A stretch of DNA of 64,000 nucleotides from Trueperaceae bacterium (GTDB taxonomy: Bacteria > Deinococcota > Deinococci > Deinococcales > Trueperaceae): the NCBI GenBank assembly GCA_034520945.1, contig JAXHNB010000006.1:448001-512000 (forward strand), given 5' to 3'. A program made the translations under genes and the position numbers. The notes beneath the pieces were generated by a model that ran no database searches, was not told the origin of the DNA, and worked only from the letters and a program-made list of their open reading frames with translations. Positions 27,955 through 37,900 of this stretch are shown here, piece by piece. Numbering within the stretch: position 1 is the first letter of the stretch; each line of letters begins with the position of its first letter.

Positions 27955-29442
27955 TCAGAACGTCCGGCTCCACTGCTTCGGCCAGCGCTCGATGACGACC
28001 TTGGTCTCGGTGTAGAACTCGATCCCGTGCGCGCCCTGCGCGTGCAGGTCGCCGAAGAACGACTCGCGCCAGCCGCTGAACGGGAACGGCGCCAGCGGCG
28101 CGGCGACGCCGAGGTTGATGCCGATGTTGCCGGCCTGCACGCCATACCGGAAGGCGCGGGCCGCCGCGCCGCTGGAGGTGAACAGGCACGCCTGGTTGCC
28201 GTAGGGGCGGTCGTTGCACAGCGCGATCGCCTCCTCCAGCGTCTCGGCGTGCATCACGCTCAGTACGGGTCCGAAGATCTCGGTGCTGGACAGCGTGCCG
28301 TGCGGGTCGACCTCGTCCAGGACGGTGGGGTGCAGGAAGTAGCCGTCGGCGTAGCCGTCCACCTGGCGGCCGCGGCCGTCGACGACCGGGCGCGCGCCCT
28401 CCTGCACGCCGGTGTCGATCAGGCCCTCGATGCGCGCCTTGCTCTCCGCGCTGATGACGGGCCCCATCTGGACGTTCTCGTCCAGGCCGTACCCGACGCG
28501 GCGCGTGGCGGCGTCGTCGGCCAGGCGCGGCACGATCTCGTCGTGGGCGCTACCGACGGTGATGGCGACGCTGGTGGCCAGGCAGCGTTGCCCCGCGCAG
28601 CCGAAGGCGCTGTCGCCCATGATGCGGCTGGTCATGTCCAGGTCGGCATCCGGCAGGATGATGGCGGGGTTCTTGGCGCCGCCCTGGCACTGCGCGCGCT
28701 TGCCGGCTGCGGTGGCGCGGGCGTACACCGCGCGCGCCACGGGGGTGCTGCCCACCAGGCTGAGGGCGCGGACGTCGGGATGGTCGCACAGCGCCTCGAC
28801 GGCGTCCTTGGCACCGTTCACCAGCGACAGCACGCCCGGCGGGAACCCGGCGCGCTCGATCAGGCCGAACAGCGCCTGCGTGGTCATGGGGACGCGCTCG
28901 CTGGGCTTCAGGACGAAGCAGTTGCCGGTCGCCACCGCGTACGGCAGGAACCACAGCGGGATCATGCCGGGGAAGTTGAACGGGGTGATGGCGGCGACGA
29001 CGCCCAACGGCTGGCGGATCATGTGCTCGTCGATGCCGCGCGCCACGTCCTCGTTGTTGATGCCCTGCATCAGGCTCGGCGCGCCGCAGGCCACCTCGAC
29101 GTTCTCGATGCCGCGCCGCAGCTCCCCGGCCGCCTCGGCGTGGGTCTTGCCGCACTCGTTCACGATCACTCGGGCCAGCTCGTCGAGGTTCTCCTCCAGC
29201 AGGCCCTTGAGGCGAAACAGGGGCTGCACGCGTTCGGTGACCGGCGTGGCGCGCCAGTCCGGGAACGCCGCCGCCGCGGCGCGGACGGTGGCGTCCACCT
29301 CGTCGGCGGCGGCCAAGGGCACCTCGGCCAGCGTCTCGCTGGTGGCGGGGTTGCGCACCTCGCGCCGCTCGCGCGCACTGGAACGCACCCACGCCCCCGC
29401 GACGTAGTTCAGCAGTTCGCTCGGGCCTCGAACGGTGGTCAC
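27955..29442 (-). CDS. mmsA: CoA-acylating methylmalonate-semialdehyde dehydrogenase
   Basis: [53 protein letters not shown] before GTG. Confidence 0.9.
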   Translation of the reverse strand: MTTVRGPSELLNYVAGAWVRSSARERREVRNPATSETLAEVPLAAADEVDATVRAAAAAFPDWRATPVTERVQPLFRLKGLLEENLDELARVIVNECGKTHAEAAGELRRGIENVEVACGAPSLMQGINNEDVARGIDEHMIRQPLGVVAAITPFNFPGMIPLWFLPYAVATGNCFVLKPSERVPMTTQALFGLIERAGFPPGVLSLVNGAKDAVEALCDHPDVRALSLVGSTPVARAVYARATAAGKRAQCQGGAKNPAIILPDADLDMTSRIMGDSAFGCAGQRCLATSVAITVGSAHDEIVPRLADDAATRRVGYGLDENVQMGPVISAESKARIEGLIDTGVQEGARPVVDGRGRQVDGYADGYFLHPTVLDEVDPHGTLSSTEIFGPVLSVMHAETLEEAIALCNDRPYGNQACLFTSSGAAARAFRYGVQAGNIGINLGVAAPLAPFPFSGWRESFFGDLHAQGAHGIEFYTETKVVIERWPKQWSRTF

Positions 29443-29491
29443 GGTGATACCTCCTCCCGGCGGGCCGGCCGCCGGCACGGGAACGAAGGGC

Positions 29492-30820
29492 CTAGAGGAC
29501 GTAGCGGCGCAGGTCTTCGTCGCCCGCGGCGTCGTCGACCTTGTCGCGCACGTACGCCCCGTCGATCACGACACGCCCCAGCGCCGTGCCGAAGGCGATG
29601 TCCTCCAGCACGCGCTCCAGAATGGTGTGCAGGCGCCTTGCGCCGATGTCCTCCACGTCGCGGTTGACCTGCTCGGCCAGCTCGGCGATGGCGACGACGC
29701 CGCTCTCGTCCCACACCAGTTCGGTGCCGTCGACGCGCAGCAGGTCGGCGTACTGGCGCGTGAGGGCGTACTGCGGTTGCGTCAGGATCCGCTGCAGGTC
29801 CACGGCGGTCAGTTCGTCCAGCTCGACGCGAATGGGGAAACGCCCCTGCATCTCCGGGATCAGGTCCGACGGTTTGGCGGTGCTGAACGCGCCGGCCGCG
29901 ATGAACAGCACGTGGTCGGTCCGCACCGCGCCGTGCCGCGTCTGGACCTGGGTGCCCTCCACGATGGGGAGCAGGTCGCGCTGGACGCCCTCGCCCGACA
30001 CGTCCGCGCCCCCGCCGCTGCCTTCGCTCTCGGCGATCTTGTCGACCTCGTCCAGGAACACGATGCCGCGGTTCTCGGCCCGGTCGATCGCTTCGCGCCG
30101 GACCTCCTCGTCGTCCAGCAACGCCGTGGCCTCCTGGTCGTGCAGGATGCGGCGCGCCTCGCGAACGGTGGTCTTGCGCGTGGCGGTCTTGCCGGGCGCG
30201 AAGCGGGAGAACATCTCCTGCAGGTTGCGGCCCATCTCCTCCATGCCCGGCATGCCCATCCCGATCTGGGGCGGGTCCTCCTGCACCTCGATCTCGACGG
30301 TGCGGTCCTCCATCTTGCCGTTTTGCAGCAAGGCGCGCATCTTCTCGAGCCCTTCGTGGGTGCCGCCCGGCAACAGCGCCTCCAGCAGGCGTTCCTCCGC
30401 GGACTCGGCGGCACGGCCTGCGACGCCGGCCTTCATCTCCTCCTCCACCATGGCGTAGGACGACTGCGCCAGGTCCCGGACGATCGAGTCGACGTCGCGA
30501 CCCACGTAGCCGACCTCGGTGAACTTGGTGGCCTCCACCTTCAGGAACGGCGCGCGGGCCAACTTTGCCAGGCGGCGCGCGATCTCCGTCTTGCCGACCC
30601 CGGTCGGACCGATCATCAGGATGTTCTTGGGCGTCACCTCGGCCTGCTCCTCCGGCGGCAGCCGGCGCCGGCGCACGTGGTTGCGCAACGCGACCGCCAC
30701 GCTGCGCTTGGCCTTGTGCTGCCCGATGATGTGCGCGTCCAGCGCCTCCACGATCTGGATGGGCGTCAGTTCGGACAGTTCGGGCAGCGCGAGCGCGCCG
30801 CCGCCGTCGCTGGGGGGCAT
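29492..30820 (-). CDS. hslU: ATP-dependent protease ATPase subunit
   Basis: [44 protein letters not shown]. Confidence 0.97.
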   Translation of the reverse strand: MPPSDGGGALALPELSELTPIQIVEALDAHIIGQHKAKRSVAVALRNHVRRRRLPPEEQAEVTPKNILMIGPTGVGKTEIARRLAKLARAPFLKVEATKFTEVGYVGRDVDSIVRDLAQSSYAMVEEEMKAGVAGRAAESAEERLLEALLPGGTHEGLEKMRALLQNGKMEDRTVEIEVQEDPPQIGMGMPGMEEMGRNLQEMFSRFAPGKTATRKTTVREARRILHDQEATALLDDEEVRREAIDRAENRGIVFLDEVDKIAESEGSGGGADVSGEGVQRDLLPIVEGTQVQTRHGAVRTDHVLFIAAGAFSTAKPSDLIPEMQGRFPIRVELDELTAVDLQRILTQPQYALTRQYADLLRVDGTELVWDESGVVAIAELAEQVNRDVEDIGARRLHTILERVLEDIAFGTALGRVVIDGAYVRDKVDDAAGDEDLRRYVL

Positions 30821-31398
30821 CAGAAGTCCTCCGTGTCGTCCGCCTCGTCCGCCTCGTCCGCGTCCGGGACGGACAGGACGGTGGCGGTGCCGCTGGTGTA
30901 CAGGTCGATGTCGCCGGCGATGCGGATCGCCTCCCGGGCGATCTCCGGCGCCGCCAGGTCGGTGTGGTCCAGCAGCGCCTGCGCGGCCGCCAGGGCGTAC
31001 GCGCCGCCGCTGCCGACCGCGGCGGCAGGGATGTCGGGCGCGACCACGTCGCCGGCGCCTGAGAGCGTCAGGATCTGTTCGTGGTCGGCCACGATCAGCA
31101 TCGCCTCCAGGTTGCGAAGCGCGCGATCGGTGCGCCATTCCTTCACGGTCTCGACCGCCGCCTTGAGCAGGTTGCCCTTGGCGGAAGAGAGGTAGCCCTC
31201 GAACTTGTCCAACAGCGTGAACGCGTCGCTGACCGCCCCGGCGAACCCCGTCAGGATCCGTCCGTCCTGGAGGGTGCGGACCTTGATCGCGCCGCGTTTG
31301 ACGATCTGCTCGCCCAGGGTGACTTGGCCGTCGCCGGCGATGGCGGAGACGCCGTCTTTGTGCACCGCAATGATCGTGGTGCCGTGCATGCGTGTCAT
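30820..31398 (-). CDS. hslV: ATP-dependent protease peptidase subunit
   Basis: [30 protein letters not shown] 7 nt before the ATG. Confidence 0.97.
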   Translation of the reverse strand: MTRMHGTTIIAVHKDGVSAIAGDGQVTLGEQIVKRGAIKVRTLQDGRILTGFAGAVSDAFTLLDKFEGYLSSAKGNLLKAAVETVKEWRTDRALRNLEAMLIVADHEQILTLSGAGDVVAPDIPAAAVGSGGAYALAAAQALLDHTDLAAPEIAREAIRIAGDIDLYTSGTATVLSVPDADEADEADDTEDF

Positions 31399-31513
31399 GA
31401 GGGGGAGCATAGCAGCGGCGTCCGGACCGGACGTGTCCCGCGCGGCCCGATCTCATCGGGATTCGGACGCGGTTCGGGAGGGGGCGGGGGGCGACTGCGG
31501 TAGGCTCCTTGGC

Positions 31514-32134
31514 ATGCAGGCGTACCCGTTCGGTGGAGGATGGCTCGAGGTCGTGGTCGGCCCCATGTTCAGCGGAAAGTCGGAGGAGCTGATCCGCCGC
31601 GTCACACGCGCTGTGCTGGCGCGACAGTCGGTCCAGGTGTTCAAGCCGGCCATGGACGATCGCTACGATCCGCTCCAGGTGGCCAGCCACGCCGGACGGA
31701 CGGTTCACGCCGAGGCGGTGCGCAGCAGCAGCGAGGTGCGCGGCCGGGTGCGGGACACCACCCAGGTGGTGGCGGTGGACGAGGCGCAGTTCTTCGATAC
31801 GGACCTGCCGCGCTTGGCCGAAGACCTTGCCGATGAGGGCTTGCGCGTGATCGTGGCTGGGCTGGACCTCGACTTCCGTGGCGAGCCGTTCGGGCCGCTG
31901 CCCACCCTGTTGGCGCGCGCGGAGGCGGTGGAGAAGCTGACCGCCATCTGCGGCTGTGGCCGCGCGGCCACCCGCACGCAGCGCCTCATCGGCGGGCACC
32001 CGGCGCACTACGACGATCCGGTGATCCTGGTCGGCGCGCACGAGAGCTACGAGCCGCGCTGCCGCGCCTGCCACCGCGTCCCGCGGCGGGAGCGCGCGAC
32101 CCCGCTGTTTGCGCAGGAGGCGGCGGGCGCCTGA
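31514..32134 (+). CDS. tdk: Thymidine kinase
   Basis: [44 protein letters not shown] 7 nt before the ATG. Confidence 0.96.
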   Translation: MQAYPFGGGWLEVVVGPMFSGKSEELIRRVTRAVLARQSVQVFKPAMDDRYDPLQVASHAGRTVHAEAVRSSSEVRGRVRDTTQVVAVDEAQFFDTDLPRLAEDLADEGLRVIVAGLDLDFRGEPFGPLPTLLARAEAVEKLTAICGCGRAATRTQRLIGGHPAHYDDPVILVGAHESYEPRCRACHRVPRRERATPLFAQEAAGA

Positions 32135-32273
32135 GCTGGGCGAGGGGTTTCGCACGTCCCAGCCGGTCTGCGACCTGCTAGCCTGAGTTCCGAGTGGAAC
32201 CGTCGCGAGTTCAGCGGCGTGCACGGCCTGGCCGGCACGCCTGTGTCTCGTTATCGCCGAACGACGAAAGGAC

Positions 32274-33512
32274 GTGAACGTGCCCAAGCTCTACCTCGGA
32301 GAAGCGCTCGGCCTGTTGGGGAAGACCCTCCCGTTCATCTGGATCCGCCTGGGGAGTTACCTGCTGTTGGGCCTCGGCCTGCTGGTCTACTTCGGCATCA
32401 TCGGCGGCGTCGCCTGGCTGCTGGGCCAACTGTGGGCGCCGCTCGGGTTCATTTTGTTCCTGCTGGCCATCGGCGGAGCGTTCGGCATCGTGCGTTGGGT
32501 GACGCGGTACTACTTCTACCTGCTCAAGGCCGCCCATACCGCCGTGATGACGGAGTTCATCGTGTACGGCCGCGGCCCGGAGGGGAGCCAGGTCGAGTAC
32601 GGCAAGAAGCAGGTCATGGAACGCTTCCGCGACACCAGCATCATGTTCGCCGTCGACGTCCTGGTCGACGGCATCGTCAAGCGCATCGTGCGGACCTTCG
32701 TGCGGGTCGCCAGCATCCTGCCGATCCCGGGCCTGGACTCGCTGGGCAAGCTGCTGGAGCGGGTGGCGCTGATGTCGTCCACCTACGTGGACGAGTCGAT
32801 CCTGTCCCGCGCCTACAAGCAACGCGAGGAGAACGTCTGGAAGGTCGCGCACGACGGCATCGTGTTGTACGCCCAGGCGTGGAAGCCGATCGTGGCCAAC
32901 GCGGTGGTGCTGAGCCTGATCAGCTACGTCGAGTTCTTTCTGCTGCTCATCATCCTCGGCCTGCCCGCCGTGGCGGTCGGTGCGGTGTTCCCCGCGCTGG
33001 GACCGGCGCTCGGCATCGCGGTGGTCGTGGGCGCCTGGATGATCAAGCTGGCGGCGGCCGACGCATGGTCGCTGGCGGCGACGCTGCTGGCCTACCACCG
33101 TGCCACCGAAGGGCAGGAGCCCAACCCCGAGTGGGTCGCCAAGATCGAGAACGTCTCCGACAAGTTCAAGGAGCTGGGCCAGAAGGCCCGGGACGCCGCC
33201 AGTAGCCAGGCCCCGCAGCAGGGCCCGGCGCCCTCCGGTGGGACGTCCTCCGGCGACGCTGCCGGGCCCACGGGCTCGGGCGGGCCCGGGGGCGCCGCCG
33301 GCGCAGCGGCGGCCGGCGCCAACCCGGGCACGGGCGGCGTCGACCCCGATGCGCCCACCGAAGGGGACGGTGGCGCCGGAGCGACGCGCCGCCCGGCCGG
33401 CACGGATCCCGACGCGAACGCCGACACGACCGATACGGCCGATAGCGACGACACGGACGAGCGGGACCCGTCGCAGGACGCGGACGACGGTGACGACACG
33501 ACGCGGCGCTGA
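32274..33512 (+). CDS. Multi-pass membrane protein with a low-complexity acidic tail
   Basis: Several hydrophobic segments; G/A/D-rich C-terminus; start 32274 or 32280. Confidence 0.8.
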   Translation: MNVPKLYLGEALGLLGKTLPFIWIRLGSYLLLGLGLLVYFGIIGGVAWLLGQLWAPLGFILFLLAIGGAFGIVRWVTRYYFYLLKAAHTAVMTEFIVYGRGPEGSQVEYGKKQVMERFRDTSIMFAVDVLVDGIVKRIVRTFVRVASILPIPGLDSLGKLLERVALMSSTYVDESILSRAYKQREENVWKVAHDGIVLYAQAWKPIVANAVVLSLISYVEFFLLLIILGLPAVAVGAVFPALGPALGIAVVVGAWMIKLAAADAWSLAATLLAYHRATEGQEPNPEWVAKIENVSDKFKELGQKARDAASSQAPQQGPAPSGGTSSGDAAGPTGSGGPGGAAGAAAAGANPGTGGVDPDAPTEGDGGAGATRRPAGTDPDANADTTDTADSDDTDERDPSQDADDGDDTTRR

Positions 33513-33583
33513 CGTACCGGAGCTCGGACGGGCCCACCCCCACGGTGCGTCCGCGACGCCGGACCGGTAGCGAAGGAGGACCC

Positions 33584-34177
33584 ATGATGACGACCCGAAC
33601 GATCCGCACGGCGATCGCTCTGGCCCTTGCGGCCCTGCTCGGGGGCGCGTTCGCGCAGTTGGGCGACGCCCTCGGCACGGTCGAAGCCACCTTCCGCGGC
33701 GAAGAGCGCACCTGGACGACGTACGACTACGCGCAGACCGAAGAAGAGGGCGTTCCCGCCAGCGCGAACTACGTGCCGTTCCCCGGCGGCCGGATGGAGG
33801 TCTCCATCACGGCGTTCCCCGAAGGCGCCACGCGGGACACGATCGATGGGCGCCTGTCGATCTCGTTCGTGGCGAACGGGTTTCCCGACGCCTGCCCGTG
33901 CGAGTTCGAGGACACCACGGTGCTGTACTTCGACGACGACACCTACTTCGGCGACGCCTTCGCGGCCAGCGATGACCAGGGGTCGGTGACGCTGACCTTC
34001 ACGCGGTTCGAGCGCCTGGAGGACGGCACGGTGGTGGCGGAAGGGACCATCGACGCCGTGCTGGCGTTCCTGCCGGGCGAGGAGAGCGAACGGTCCGCGG
34101 ACGAGGTCGAGCCCGAAACGCTCGAAGGGGGGCTCGAGACCCGCATCGCGCCCGACCGCGAGATCTCGATCGAGTAG
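33584..34177 (+). CDS. Secreted acidic hypothetical protein
   Basis: AAGGAGG RBS; signal peptide ending AFA-Q. Confidence 0.8.
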   Translation: MMTTRTIRTAIALALAALLGGAFAQLGDALGTVEATFRGEERTWTTYDYAQTEEEGVPASANYVPFPGGRMEVSITAFPEGATRDTIDGRLSISFVANGFPDACPCEFEDTTVLYFDDDTYFGDAFAASDDQGSVTLTFTRFERLEDGTVVAEGTIDAVLAFLPGEESERSADEVEPETLEGGLETRIAPDREISIE

Positions 34178-34239
34178 GCCCCTAGGCACTGCACCGCGGC
34201 ACGCCGACGCGGCCGCGCGAGAGAGGAACGGGTGACGTC

Positions 34240-34872
34240 GTGGGCAAGAAACTGGCGATCGGATGTCTGATCGTGTTCGTGCTGTTGTTCCTGGGCGGGG
34301 CCGGCGTGGCCTGGTGGTACATCGGCCGGCCGGCCGGCGAGCTGATCGGCTCCGTCCGCGACGTGCAGCGCATCGAGTCGATCCGCGACAACGTGCGCGC
34401 GAGCGGCCCCTACGACGCGCCACAGGACGGGGTGCTGGCCGAGAGCCAGGTCGATCGCTACCTCGCCGTGCAGGAGACCATGCGCACCCGCCTCGAGGAC
34501 CGCGTCGCCACCCTACGCGATCGTTACGAGGAGATCGACGAGCGCGGCGGCGACCCGACGCCGGCAGAGATCGCCCGCGCCTGGTCGGACGTCACCAGCA
34601 TCCTGGTCGAGGCGGTCGAAGCACAGGTCGATGCCTTGAACGAACAGAACTTCTCGTTGGAGGAGTACGACTGGGTGCGGGCCCGGGTGCTGGCGGCGGC
34701 CGGGTTCGCGGCCGGCGGGTACGACCTGACCGACCTGACGTCGGGCGAGGTGCCGGACCAGGCCGTGCCGAGCGAAGAGCGCGCGGAGGTGCCGGAAGAG
34801 AACGTCGAGCTGGTGGAACCGCACCTCGAACGGATCGAGGAGACGCTGCCGTTCGCCTGGTTCGGGCTGTAG
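34240..34872 (+). CDS. Membrane-anchored hypothetical protein
   Basis: MGKKLAIGCLIVFVLLFLGGAGVAWW anchor followed by a helical acidic domain. Confidence 0.8.
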   Translation: MGKKLAIGCLIVFVLLFLGGAGVAWWYIGRPAGELIGSVRDVQRIESIRDNVRASGPYDAPQDGVLAESQVDRYLAVQETMRTRLEDRVATLRDRYEEIDERGGDPTPAEIARAWSDVTSILVEAVEAQVDALNEQNFSLEEYDWVRARVLAAAGFAAGGYDLTDLTSGEVPDQAVPSEERAEVPEENVELVEPHLERIEETLPFAWFGL

Positions 34873-34939
34873 CACGCACGGAACCCGGCAGGGTGGCACG
34901 CGCCGTCGCACGTCGCGGCACGGTGCACGAGAGGAAGGC

Positions 34940-37900
34940 ATGTCCATGACCACCGATCGCACGAGAACGGCGCGGCCGCACGCTCGCCCCCGCACGTGGC
35001 TGACGCTGTTGGCATTGTGCGCATTGGCCACGTGGCAGATGGGCTGGGCGCAGGATTGCCGCGTCGAGGCCGAGCCCAACGACGCCCCCGCCGCCGCCAA
35101 TGCGATCGGCGATCAGCGCTGCTTCGTCGGCGAGCTGGACGGCGATGATCAGGACGCCTTCGTATGGGACGTCAGCGAGCAGGATGCCGGCACGTTCTGG
35201 GTGGTGGAGATCGAAGGGATCCGCAACCAGCTCACGCGGATCGATCTGCTCGACATCGCCTTCGCCGAAGACGGTGAGGGCGTTACGGAGGCCAACGAGT
35301 TATGGACGTTCGCGACCCCCGACGGGCGCCCCAACGCGTCGGCGCCCCTCCTGCTGCCGCCCGGCCCCCTGTACATGGGCATCTCGAAGAGCGGCGGCTC
35401 GGGCTCCTACGTCGTGACGCTGCGGCCGCAACGAACCCTCGACCGGGACCACGACGCGCTGCGGCACGGCTTGGAGGTCGACGGCGCATTCGCCGTGCAT
35501 GGCGGCGTCCCCGGCGAGGACGCCGGCGAGAGTGAGCCCACCGAGTTGGCGTGGACGCTCGACGAGGACGACGCGTCCTACCTGTGGGACGTGCACGCGG
35601 ACGTGTCGATCGGCGATGCGCTCGATCTGGAGATCGTCGGCCCGGACGGCACGCTGCTGGACACCGCCTTGGCGCCCGGCGGCACGAGACGAACCAACCT
35701 CGGGGTGGAGGCGGGCACCTACCAGGTTCGCGTGCACGGGGAGGCCGGCATGATGGCGCTCTCCCTGGTGCGGGGCGGCCGCGTCACCTCCGGACGCGAG
35801 GTCGAACCGAACGACGGCTTCGATCAGGCCAACCTCCTGCCGCTGGGCGAGCCGGTCGAAGGCGAACTGGAGGGGGACGACGTGTTCACGTTCACGGTTC
35901 CCCAGGACGCCGAAGAACGCGCCTACGACCTGGTGATCGACATCGACGCCGAGGCGGACGTGTCGCTGCACGACGAGGAACGCACCCTGCAGGAGCGCCG
36001 CGGCGCCGGCGGCCGGCTCCGCGACCTGGTGCTGGAGCCGGGCCGGTACTACGTGTGGCTGGACGGCGGCGGAAACGCTCCCTACCGGCTGCAGTTGGAG
36101 CAGACCGAGCTGCCCGGCGCGGGCTCCGAGCGCGAACCGAACGACGTGCTGGCCGCGGCCAGCCCCATGGCCGACGATCTGACGGCCCGCGGCACCCTCC
36201 ACTCGCAGGACGTCGACGTGTACCGTTTCGAGGTCGGCGGCGAGCCGCAGTTGTGGCGCGTGCAGACGGTCGGCGAGGGGGTCGGCCGTCTCACCATCTA
36301 CAACGAGGGCGGGATACAGCAGCGCAGCCTCGACGGCGAGCGCCGCCTTCGCCTCGACGACGTCCGGCTGCTGCCGGGCACCACCTACCTGGAGGTCTCC
36401 CGCGCGGAAGGGGACTACGCCCTGCGCGCGCTGGCCTTGGGCCCCGCGCCCGAACCGGAGCCCGAGGAGATGCCCGAGGAGGACGCCGAGCTCGAATCCG
36501 CGCCCGCACGCGACGCCGCCGACGACGAGGAGGCCCCGGACGACGCGGACGCGGCGGCGGCCGTCAGCGAGGAGGACCTCGACGACACGCCGCTGCCGTC
36601 GCCCCCGCCCGGCCGGCTGGAGGTGGAGCCGAACGACGACACCTCTCGCTCCGAGCGGCTGCGGGCCGGCGAGGTGCGCGTCGGGACGCACGGCCACGAT
36701 CGCGACGATGATCTGTACCGCTTCTTCCTGGCGAACGACCAGTACGTACGCATCGAAGCCGTGCCGCCCGAAGGGGGCCAGGTGCGCTTCGACGTGGGCT
36801 CCAAGCGCGCCGCCCCCGTCCGCGAGGGGGGTCCCGCCGTGTTCGAAGGGTGGCTCCGCGCGGGCGACCACTTCGTCGAGACGTGGTCGGACACGCAGGT
36901 CCGCGGGTACTACCAGCTGCGCCTGCGCCTGCTGGACCCCATCGCCGTCCCGGTCGACCAGGAACCCAACGACGACCCGGAGCAGGCGGCCCAGGTCCCC
37001 GCCAGCCTGACGTGGCAGGGCACCGTGGGCGCCACTGCGGGGAACGACTACTACCGCCTGCCGAGATTCGACCAGCCCGCCGAGATGCGGATCGAAGGAA
37101 ACGTGCCCGAAGGCGTCAACCTCGACGTGTCGACCGACGACGGTCGGCAGGGGGTCGACCTGAACGAGGAGGACGGCGGCCGCGTCTCCCTTCCCGCTGA
37201 CGGCGAGGCGACCCTCCGCGTCCGGGGAACCGGCAGCTACCGCCTGTCGCTCTCCTTCGACCCGCCCGCCCCCCGGTCGCAGCTACGCGACGACCCGGGC
37301 ACGGGCGCGGCGGAGTTGACCTTCGCGGAGCCGGCCCGCGAGGTGGCCGCGTACTGGCACGAGGGCCAGCGGGTCGAGAGCGACCTCACGGTTCGCAACA
37401 CCACCGACGAGGAGGTCGCCTTCCGACTGGAGGCGCACGCCAGCGACGCCGCGGCCGAGGTGGACGTGCCGGCCGAGGTGGCCGTGCCCGCCGGCGCGTC
37501 GGCCGATGTGCCCGTCGCCGTCCAACTTCCCGTCGATCGGCGCGACGACCAGCCGATCCAGGTCTCCGTCGCGACGCACGGCGCAGGCAGCGTGGACGCC
37601 GCCACCCTGCGCCTACACCCCCGGTGCGAAGCCCCGCCCGTCGGGTCCGCCCCGCACTGGCGGGTCCCGGACCCGCTGCTGGGGGGTCTGAACATGCTGT
37701 CGCCCGGCTTCGGCGCCGTCCCGCAGGTCGAGGACCCGGGCGACGTGGCGGCGCTGTTCGACGGCCGAACGGCGCCGTCCACGGGGGTGCGCCGCGCGCC
37801 GGACGCCCCGATCACGGTCGCGCTGGCCGGGGACGAGCCGGTCGAACTGCTGGGCACGCTGCTGCACCCCCAAACGCGAGGCGGCGTCTCCGAGCAGTTG

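Noticed and set aside
29492..32287. 931-aa ORF suggesting an N-terminally extended HslU
   Set aside because: The upstream part overlaps hslV in another frame and tdk antisense; the real start is the ATG at 30820, overlapping the hslV stop
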